IMG/VR virus record: IMGVR_UViG_3300031565_000002
Direction: 5' to 3' (one strand)
Source: an uncultured virus (IMG/VR IMGVR_UViG_3300031565_000002)
Lineage: Duplodnaviria; Heunggongvirae; Uroviricota; Caudoviricetes
DNA: 64,000 bases
Shown: in pieces, positions 57,599 through 64,000 of the stretch
How the letters are laid out: the number at the start of each line of letters is the position of its first letter
How positions within the stretch are numbered: position 1 is the first letter of the stretch
Program-made: the position numbers and the translations under genes
The notes under the pieces: generated by a model
Seen by the model: only the letters and a program-made list of their open reading frames with translations
The model's database searches: none
Told to the model about the DNA's origin: nothing

Positions 57599-58467
57599 AA
57601 ATTATCCTGTGCTATCCTGATATATCTCTCTGATATATCATATCCGACATATTTTCTCTGATCTCTTACCGCGGCAACACAAGTAGTACCAATTCCAACA
57701 AATGGGTCTAATATCACATCATCTTTAAAACTATACAACCTGATTAATCTCTTCGGAATATCTTCAGGAAAAGGAGCAGGATGACCCGATTTTTTCGCTG
57801 ACACTGTATCTATATTCCAAACACTTTTTGTCCACTCCATGAACTCATTTTTATCAATTGTTGTCTCGTTACTGTCATCATTCCTAATAAAAGTACCATT
57901 TGAAAAAACCAATATGTATTCATGAACATCCCTCAAACATGGTGCGCTCGCAGACATCCAACTTCCCCACGCCATTGATGTCCCTGCACTAGCCCCCTTA
58001 TTCCATATAATCTCACCATGCATAAAAAATCCCAAATCTATCATATCTTCAATAATATATCTATGCAAAGGAATATATGGCTTCCTGCCTATATTGGCGA
58101 TATTAATACATACCCTACCACCTGGAATCAATACTCGCTTTGTTTCTCTCCATACCCCTTTTAACATCTCTCTATATTCAGATAAACTAAGATCCTTGTC
58201 ATAATCCTTTGAAACGTTATACGGTGGAGATGTAATCATTAAATGAACACTACTATCAGGCAACTGATTCATCACATTACTTGACTGACAAAAAATATGA
58301 TTTATATAATCATTCGAAATTTTATTTATAGTAATTGGTTCATGAACTCCTTTATTATATCCTGTTTCCTTAAAAATTTCTTGAGAATAGAACTGTTCAG
58401 AGTCATGACTAAATCTTCCTGACACACCAAAAGAACTATGTTGCGTTCTCTTTTTCATATTAGCCAT
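57559..58467 (-). CDS. N4/N6 DNA methyltransferase (SPPY, probably m4C)
   Basis: TSPPY, HPAPFP, LDPFVGIGTT. Confidence 0.93.
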   Translation of the reverse strand: MANMKKRTQHSSFGVSGRFSHDSEQFYSQEIFKETGYNKGVHEPITINKISNDYINHIFCQSSNVMNQLPDSSVHLMITSPPYNVSKDYDKDLSLSEYREMLKGVWRETKRVLIPGGRVCINIANIGRKPYIPLHRYIIEDMIDLGFFMHGEIIWNKGASAGTSMAWGSWMSASAPCLRDVHEYILVFSNGTFIRNDDSNETTIDKNEFMEWTKSVWNIDTVSAKKSGHPAPFPEDIPKRLIRLYSFKDDVILDPFVGIGTTCVAAVRDQRKYVGYDISERYIRIAQDNLWRAESQEKWFNM

Positions 58468-58849
58468 TTCTTTTTCTCTCCTCGAGTCTCAGATAAACAG
58501 CATCCGTTACTTCTCGACTAGGCTTCCCTGACTCATCACAATCAAGGCAAACTATATCTGTTTTATTCCCATTCTTCAATCTTCTAACTTTACGTGTCCC
58601 AATTCTGCAGTATAACCCTACAGGATTATCTCTCAAATAACAGCAATCGTTAGCAATATTTACAAACTTTTTCTTCTTTTTACTGCTGTAGGAAGTGGTA
58701 ACCTTTTTATCTTCCCCTTTTCTGACATCGCTCTCAATATTCTTTGCCTTAATTCTCTTATCCTTGTTGTTATCAGATTTTTTGGAACTATTTTTCTTTC
58801 GCTTGGGCGTTTCATCATAAATCCCCTCAAACGTGGGTTGTTCAAGCAT
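58460..58849 (-). CDS. Lys-rich hypothetical protein
   Basis: Start moved to ATG 58849 to avoid the tRNA; GAGG RBS. Confidence 0.55.
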   Translation of the reverse strand: MLEQPTFEGIYDETPKRKKNSSKKSDNNKDKRIKAKNIESDVRKGEDKKVTTSYSSKKKKKFVNIANDCCYLRDNPVGLYCRIGTRKVRRLKNGNKTDIVCLDCDESGKPSREVTDAVYLRLEERKRNG

Positions 58850-58870
58850 CCGAAACCTCGTTAATAGTAA

Positions 58871-58953
58871 TGGGACAAGAGGGGCTCGAACCCTCACGCC
58901 ATTAAGACACATGCTCCTAAGGCATGCGCGTATCCCAATTCCGCCATCGTCCC
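58871..58953 (-). tRNA. tRNA-Leu(TAG)
   Basis: Class II cloverleaf; CATGC-CTTAGGA-GCATG. Confidence 0.92.
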
Positions 58954-58996
58954 TTATACTTTACTTTTTTATAAAATAAACTGTGGATAATTTTCA

Positions 58997-59084
58997 TGGC
59001 AGGCCCGGAGGGACTCGAACCCCCATTGAAGACTATGCTTCACGGTTTTGGAGACCGCTGCATTACCAATTATGCTACAGACCT
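58997..59084 (-). tRNA. tRNA with Trp anticodon (CCA) and long variable arm
   Basis: GCGGT-CTCCAAA-ACCGT; 17-nt variable region with GAAG/CTTC stem; G73, CCA. Confidence 0.85.
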
Positions 59085-59085
59085 G

Positions 59086-59319
59086 TTATTTTTTTATATA
59101 TCGGTAAGGATAACCGATTTTCAACACCTCAATTAGATGCATCCAATCATATCCTATCTCATCTAATTTTACCTGCGCTTCTTCTTCCGTATCGAAATAA
59201 CCATACTTTTCTTCACATACATCAACAAATAAGTGCGTCCAATATTCAGAGCAAATTAAAAATTTACCTATTAAACTATCATCATTCAATTTCTCAATCT
59301 CTGAGCTTCTTCCACCCAT
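59086..59319 (-). CDS. Hypothetical protein
   Basis: 77-aa ORF. Confidence 0.5.
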   Translation of the reverse strand: MGGRSSEIEKLNDDSLIGKFLICSEYWTHLFVDVCEEKYGYFDTEEEAQVKLDEIGYDWMHLIEVLKIGYPYRYIKK

Positions 59320-59321
59320 TC

Positions 59322-60146
59322 CTATTCTTTATCCTCCGGAAAAACCATCTTCCCCAATAATACTTTTGTCATCGACTCTTCAAGTTCATCATTTGATAAA
59401 CTAATTTTTTTATCATCACACTCAAAAAATTCGTGACACGATAATTCATTATCATTCTCCAGGATATCAAGCATATAACTCTTACTAAGATTAAAACATA
59501 TCCTTATAGATACATCACCATCATCACAATTAGATACAATCGGAAATATTCCATTTGGCTTCACGACTCTGTTACCTAAAAAATTCAGCATACGCAATGC
59601 TCGCTTAATTTGCTCCTTACTAAATCTATTGCTTTTATGATAATTAACGTGCCATTGTTCGGGAAAATCAATAAACATTTTTATCAAACCAACAAAATCT
59701 TCAAAAGTATCTTTCTTTACCCCAGATATAAAGTCTCTAAAATCATCAAGTGGTAATTCCAAAACTTCATGTTCACAATCAATATTGCCGTCCTTATTCC
59801 TTCTATAAAAACATCTTTTCTTATCCTTTATTACTATTATTTCAGAATCACCAATTTCAATATCATAATCTATATTCCATCTATGAAAATCAATTGCTAT
59901 ATCACCATCATAGCCATTAATAACCCTAGATGGAACAATGTTATTCATCTTCAATATATCAATGACCTTTAATGCCAATGATATAGTTTCATCATCCGGT
60001 AACCTAATATGATCATCACCATCGTCAAAAAGAGGCTTCGATTTCAACGACCTTATTCTGTTTTTGGCAACACCCCAAATACGCTTTGACTTAACAGCAT
60101 ATATTAAATCAAACCCACTTGATATTTCTCTCTCATTCTCACTCAT
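59322..60146 (-). CDS. Hypothetical protein with an internally duplicated domain
   Basis: Two similar AL..L...P......DGD(I/V).I segments; start at ATG 60146. Confidence 0.55.
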   Translation of the reverse strand: MSENEREISSGFDLIYAVKSKRIWGVAKNRIRSLKSKPLFDDGDDHIRLPDDETISLALKVIDILKMNNIVPSRVINGYDGDIAIDFHRWNIDYDIEIGDSEIIVIKDKKRCFYRRNKDGNIDCEHEVLELPLDDFRDFISGVKKDTFEDFVGLIKMFIDFPEQWHVNYHKSNRFSKEQIKRALRMLNFLGNRVVKPNGIFPIVSNCDDGDVSIRICFNLSKSYMLDILENDNELSCHEFFECDDKKISLSNDELEESMTKVLLGKMVFPEDKE

Positions 60147-61053
60147 AATTAAATACCGGCTGCTCCATTTTAGATTTAACTTTACAGGGGATATTATCGT
60201 ACTTCTGTAGAATCTCACTATCATTATCTCTGATAGTTTTTATCTGATCTAAATAAACTGAAACATAACAATCATTAATTTTAGTCGGATTAACATTCTG
60301 AACCTTCTCATTCACAATCTCAACATACCTTTTATCCATTTCAGCCCCTACAAACCTTCTCCCTAATTTTCTCGCCGCTACTGCCGTGGTGCCGGTACCC
60401 ATAAAAGGATCAAATATCATATCTTCCTCATCGGTTACCATTAAAATTAATCTTTCCAACAAAGGGACTGGTAATTGACAAGGATGATCTACTCTCATCG
60501 ATTTATGTTTAAGTCTATGAATATCAGTCCAAACATCAGAAGCAAGAGCACCGAATGGATGCATCTTCGATTTTTTGCCACCATAATCTTTTGATAAATT
60601 TTTACAATATTTACATCTTTTATGTGGTATCCTAACATCGTAGAATTTATAATCTTTAGGAAGAAAACTCAACTTTGTATAATATAATATCCCATAATGA
60701 TAAGGGAGTAATGTTTTACCTAATGGTGCACTGTTAGTATCCCATGAAATCCAATGTCTAAATTTTGCTATATGATTAAGTGAATGACCATATGAAATTA
60801 ACCACTTCGGAATATGATGAATAAATATTGTTCCTGCCGATTTAGTAATCCTGACCATTTGATAAATCCACTCTAGCGACCATGCCAGATAATCACTGTC
60901 ACTCATACTATCTTTATAACTTCCATATTTTTTATTGAGATTAAAGGGAGGGTCTGCAAACGTCATATCAAAAATATTGTCTGGAAATTTACTCATCACT
61001 TCAAGACAATCACCGTGAAGAACCTTATCTACTACATCTGTTTTCTGATACAT
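60139..61053 (-). CDS. N4/N6 DNA methyltransferase (beta class)
   Basis: ADPPF, HPCQLP, FDPFMGTGTT. Confidence 0.93.
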   Translation of the reverse strand: MYQKTDVVDKVLHGDCLEVMSKFPDNIFDMTFADPPFNLNKKYGSYKDSMSDSDYLAWSLEWIYQMVRITKSAGTIFIHHIPKWLISYGHSLNHIAKFRHWISWDTNSAPLGKTLLPYHYGILYYTKLSFLPKDYKFYDVRIPHKRCKYCKNLSKDYGGKKSKMHPFGALASDVWTDIHRLKHKSMRVDHPCQLPVPLLERLILMVTDEEDMIFDPFMGTGTTAVAARKLGRRFVGAEMDKRYVEIVNEKVQNVNPTKINDCYVSVYLDQIKTIRDNDSEILQKYDNIPCKVKSKMEQPVFNYE

Positions 61054-61072
61054 TATTAATCCTTATAATACA

Positions 61073-61155
61073 TTCTAGTGGGACGCTCCAATCTCATCCC
61101 ACTCCAAACTGTGGAACTCCTGGGGCTGCTTCCGCGTCGCCCACGCCCACCAGAA
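61073..61155 (-). ncRNA. Unassigned GC-rich structured RNA (three-way junction)
   Basis: UUCUGGUGGG/CCCACUAGAA closing stem; GGGC..GGAA..GCCC and UUCCAC/GUGGGA hairpins. Confidence 0.5.
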
Positions 61156-61167
61156 AGTACTATGTAT

Positions 61168-61254
61168 TGGAAGCGAGGGAGGGATTCGAACCCTCGTAAA
61201 CTTCGCGCCTTCGGGTTATGAGCCCAAGATCCTAAGCCACTAGACCACCTCGCA
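61168..61254 (-). tRNA. Initiator-like tRNA-Met(CAT) with long variable arm
   Basis: TTGGG-CTCATAA-CCCGA; U1.U72 mismatch; 15-nt variable region; CCA. Confidence 0.8.
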
Positions 61255-61265
61255 ATAATTTATAA

Positions 61266-61339
61266 TAGCAGCGGGCGGATTCGAACCGCCGACCTCAGGG
61301 TTATGAGCCCTGCAAGCTACCTGACTGCTCTACGCTGCG
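61266..61339 (-). tRNA. Initiator tRNA-fMet(CAT)
   Basis: CAGGG-CTCATAA-CCCTG (3 G-C pairs); C1.U72 mismatch; A11-U24. Confidence 0.92.
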
Positions 61340-61389
61340 ATAATTTCCTAAACTATAATATAACAAACATCCATTAAAAGTAATTTTTA

Positions 61390-61477
61390 TGGCGGGAGGA
61401 ACAGGATTCGAACCTGTGGAAGCTCTCGCTCCAACGGTTTTCGAGACCGCCGCATTCAACCACTCTGCCACCCTCCC
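61390..61477 (-). tRNA. tRNA-Ser(CGA)
   Basis: Class II cloverleaf; GCGGT-CTCGAAA-ACCGT; GCCA end. Confidence 0.93.
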
Positions 61478-61480
61478 GAA

Positions 61481-61768
61481 TTATAGAATTTCGATGACTT
61501 TTCCAAAGATTTGCTTCGTCCAACCGTTTATACGCCCCTTATTATTACCTATCAGACAGCCCCTTTGCTCATTCTTCCCTTTCACAAGATGCGTGTAATA
61601 GTTCCCCTTAACCCTACAATAAACTATGTCTCCTACATCCACACTTTCAACAGTAGCCGGAGCAATCCTAACCGGTTGCCTTGATTTTATCAAAGGGAGC
61701 ATAGAATTCCCAGGCTCTTTTGATATAATTGTTTTCCCTTGTTTTAATAATTCTTCTTTCTGATTCAT
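61481..61768 (-). CDS. S24/S26 peptidase-like protein
   Basis: GNSMLPLI..GDIVY..HLV..GNN; start at ATG 61768 with GAGG RBS. Confidence 0.7.
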   Translation of the reverse strand: MNQKEELLKQGKTIISKEPGNSMLPLIKSRQPVRIAPATVESVDVGDIVYCRVKGNYYTHLVKGKNEQRGCLIGNNKGRINGWTKQIFGKVIEIL

Positions 61769-61788
61769 AATCGTTACCTCGATAATAA

Positions 61789-61879
61789 TGGCGGAGGACA
61801 CGGGACTCGAACCCGCAAGGCAATATTTCAGCCCAAAGCATTTCCAGTGCTTTCCCTAAAACCATTTCGGATATCCTCC
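61789..61879 (-). tRNA. tRNA-Ser(GGA)
   Basis: Class II cloverleaf; AAGCA-CTGGAAA-TGCTT; GCCA end. Confidence 0.88.
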
Positions 61880-61884
61880 CTAAT

Positions 61885-62058
61885 TTAACTATTCAATTTA
61901 TTAATACGATCTTTATTCCAAAACTTTAATCTTAACTCTTCAAATTCTTCTATATATAAAAGCCCCACATGATATTCACGATGACATGTTGGACAAACAG
62001 GAACACATTTTAATAACTCTACCTTATAATTGTTTAATTTCTTACTCCCGACAAAAAT
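61885..62058 (-). pseudogene. HNH endonuclease C-terminal remnant
   Basis: Frame reads ..ELLKCVPVCPTCHREYHVG..; no start codon before tRNA-Cys. Confidence 0.55.
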
Positions 62059-62063
62059 TACTA

Positions 62064-62146
62064 AGACGGTGACAGGGATCGAACCTGCGCCCTTTTACGG
62101 GATTACGGATTTGCAGTCCGTTGCCTTACCACTTGGCTACACCGTC
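62064..62146 (-). tRNA. tRNA-Cys(GCA) with long variable arm
   Basis: ACGGA-CTGCAAA-TCCGT; U73; 16-nt variable region with CCC/GGG stem. Confidence 0.87.
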
Positions 62147-62193
62147 ATATGTTCAACTTTATTCACTGTTCATGAATCGTGAACAGGATGAAT

Positions 62194-62280
62194 TGGTACC
62201 CAGAAGGAGACTTGAACTCCTATGACCTTACGGTCACATGGCCCTTAACCATGCGTGTCTACCAATTCCACCACCTGGGC
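62194..62280 (-). tRNA. tRNA-Leu(AAG)
   Basis: Class II cloverleaf; CATGG-TTAAGGG-CCATG; ACCA end. Confidence 0.9.
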
Positions 62281-62284
62281 ATTA

Positions 62285-62446
62285 TTATTCTTTCCTTGAT
62301 CCATCATATGAAGCAAATGTTGAATAAGGGTCATCTGAAAAACCCCTTAATCTCCTTCTCAATCTCTTTAACTTTATCATCTTACCTACCTCTACAAGAT
62401 CATAAGGATTAACATCAGCATAACTCTTTGCCTTATCCCTTTTCAT
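62285..62446 (-). CDS. Small basic protein (53 aa, below ORF-track cutoff)
   Basis: AGGAGG RBS; MKRDKAKSY...GSRKE*. Confidence 0.45.
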   Translation of the reverse strand: MKRDKAKSYADVNPYDLVEVGKMIKLKRLRRRLRGFSDDPYSTFASYDGSRKE

Positions 62447-62478
62447 ATAACCTCCTTAAACATCTATAACATAATTTA

Positions 62479-62556
62479 TGGTACCAGTGGGGGGACTCGA
62501 ACCCCCGACCTCACGGTTATGAGCCGTGCGCTCTTGACCATCTGGGCTACACTGGT
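62479..62556 (-). tRNA. tRNA(CAT): elongator Met or Ile2
   Basis: CACGG-CTCATAA-CCGTG; paired 1-72; ACCA end. Confidence 0.88.
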
Positions 62557-62601
62557 ATATTTTAATTACTAGTTCAAGTATCATATAACTTTGAGAATAC
62601 T

Positions 62602-63168
62602 ATGAAAAAATATAAATTAAAATGTATTCATTGTAAAAAAATATTTATTGTACATAAACTAAGAGATTATCATAAAAGAAAGTTCTGTGGAAACTCATGT
62701 TCAGCATCTTATAACAATCCTCGGAAACATCGAAAAGCAAAAAAAAGACCATGTTCAGTATGTGGGACTATGTTTATACCACCCAAAAATTATCTCCAAA
62801 GAATGCGCTGCGATAAATGCTTCAAAGAAAATAAATTTACAAGAACATCAATAAAACCAAGATATAAAAATTATATAGCTCCTGATATATCAGAAATGAC
62901 AAAGGGCAAATTGTTTAAATCAAGAAAATCTTGGCAATCAGCAAGAAGTGCAATAACTATACATGCCATCGTAACATATCATACGAGCAATCAACCTAAA
63001 AAATGTATTATATGCAACTATTCCAAACACATTCATATATGCCACAAAAAACCAGTTTCAAAATTCTCGAATAAAGTATTAATAAAAACCATTAATTCAA
63101 CAAAAAACTTAATTGCATTATACCCTAATCATCATTGGGAGTTTGACCAAAAACTTCTCCAATTATAA
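62602..63168 (+). CDS. HNH endonuclease-like protein with zinc fingers, possibly degenerate
   Basis: CIHC/CGNSC/CSVC, CIICN..HICHKK..NLIALYPNHHWEFD (Tyr where CPNHH is usual). Confidence 0.7.
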   Translation: MKKYKLKCIHCKKIFIVHKLRDYHKRKFCGNSCSASYNNPRKHRKAKKRPCSVCGTMFIPPKNYLQRMRCDKCFKENKFTRTSIKPRYKNYIAPDISEMTKGKLFKSRKSWQSARSAITIHAIVTYHTSNQPKKCIICNYSKHIHICHKKPVSKFSNKVLIKTINSTKNLIALYPNHHWEFDQKLLQL

Positions 63169-63169
63169 A

Positions 63170-63253
63170 TAGCCGGTAGCAGACTCGAACTGCTACGGGA
63201 TTTCTCCCACTGATTCCTGAAACCAGCGTGTCTACCAATTCCACCAACCGGCC
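63170..63253 (-). tRNA. tRNA-Leu(CAG)
   Basis: Class II cloverleaf; CTGGT-TTCAGGA-ATCAG. Confidence 0.9.
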
Positions 63254-63260
63254 TTAAAAG

Positions 63261-63391
63261 GAGAAGGTCGCTCACAGTAATAACCAGCCGCTTCTGGGTG
63301 GACTTGCTCACCCTTTTACTCTCTGCTGTACCTAAACAAGTCCCCGGCACCAGAGTTCATGAGCTACATTGCAACTGACAGTCACCTTCTT
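63261..63391 (-). ncRNA. Unassigned structured RNA with a kissing-loop pseudoknot
   Basis: GAGAAGGU/ACCUUCUC closing stem; two hairpins with complementary loops GACUUGUU and AGCAAGUC. Confidence 0.6.
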
Positions 63392-63406
63392 CTATAATTT
63401 AATTAA

Positions 63407-63517
63407 AGGTTACCATAAGTGCGCCGATTTCCTTGCGGTCGTCCGTGGTGATTGTCCCTACAATAAGGACTGAAGGGTCTTAGCCACATCGCACATCTCC
63501 ACGGTAGTAGGTAACCT
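63407..63517 (-). ncRNA. Unassigned structured RNA
   Basis: AGGUUACC/GGUAACCU closing stem; GUGCG/CGCAC, GUCCUUA/UAGGGAC and CC-GCAA-GG elements. Confidence 0.5.
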
Positions 63518-63989
63518 AACCATCTTTTCTTGACTTAAAACTTTTGATCATACTTATAGTAGATTTTACCACACCATAATCATTTGCTATTTCTATTTGC
63601 TTTCTTGAATCTCTCCTGATATCATTAATCTGATCTGTAGTCAATTTACACAAACCACTTCTCTCACCAATTGTACGATGTGCTCTCCCCTTTTTCTTCA
63701 TATCATTCATGTTATCTTGGTGAGTACCCAGAAATAAATGGTCAGGATTAACACATGGGGGATTATCGCAGGTATGACAAACCAGAATCTTATCAGGAAT
63801 AACACCTATCATTTTTTCATATATAAAACGATGAGCTAAAACAAATTTACCATTTCTACCGCCAATTTTAACCCTACCATAACCATCGACATTTCTACTC
63901 CCTTGATACTCAAAACATTCTCCATTAACTTTAATATTAGAGATTATTTTAACAAAAAAATCATATTCTGTAGAAATATATTTACTCAT
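63516..63989 (-). CDS. HNH homing endonuclease with C-terminal HTH
   Basis: GYG..LAHRFIY..VCHTCDNPPCVNPDHLFLGTHQDNMND. Confidence 0.92.
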   Translation of the reverse strand: MSKYISTEYDFFVKIISNIKVNGECFEYQGSRNVDGYGRVKIGGRNGKFVLAHRFIYEKMIGVIPDKILVCHTCDNPPCVNPDHLFLGTHQDNMNDMKKKGRAHRTIGERSGLCKLTTDQINDIRRDSRKQIEIANDYGVVKSTISMIKSFKSRKDG

Positions 63990-64000
63990 AACTTAAACCT

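Noticed and set aside
61073..61155. SRP (4.5S) RNA, suggested by GGAAGCAGCC
   Set aside because: The CAGG strand of the helix-8 symmetric loop is missing 5' of the tetraloop, and the fold is branched rather than a long hairpin
62162..62192. Hairpin CTGTTCATGA/TCGTGAACAG between tRNA-Leu(AAG) and tRNA-Cys
   Set aside because: A single short stem with no further structure; likely a spacer or processing hairpin
57286..63350. ORFs overlapping tRNA genes (57286..57480, 57294..57569, 58983..59360, 61389..61598, 61668..61865, 62179..62412, 63132..63350)
   Set aside because: Translations of tRNA or ncRNA sequence

Overview
AT-rich, gene-dense window with nearly all genes on the minus strand. It is most consistent with part of a large dsDNA bacteriophage genome; this is an inference, since no capsid, terminase or tail genes are present. 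From left to right it contains: (1) a glycosyltransferase/methyltransferase cluster (1-8.7 kb); (2) a tmRNA gene preceded 3 nt upstream by a single type I-C-like CRISPR repeat; (3) an operon of a tRNA-containing Y-RNA-like ncRNA, a ubiquitin-like protein, a TROVE/Ro60-vWA protein, an E2-like protein, a macrodomain, a JAB peptidase and a ThiF/E1 enzyme (13.0-17.5 kb), the best candidate for an undescribed system; (4) a bacterial-style replication/recombination block (SbcCD, DnaE, HolA, HolB, DnaG-DnaB fusion, SF2 helicase, RecU, DnaN, RecA, 5'-3' exonuclease) with three sigma factors and an IS607-like tnpB element; (5) a sigma54-type promoter in front of hsp20, and an RNA ligase; (6) a cluster of 16 tRNA genes. 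The cluster includes a tRNA-Leu(UAA) split by an HNH-encoding group I intron, three class I tRNAs with long variable arms, tRNA-Leu(AAG), and three unassigned structured RNAs. All calls come from manual motif and base-pairing inspection; no searches were run.
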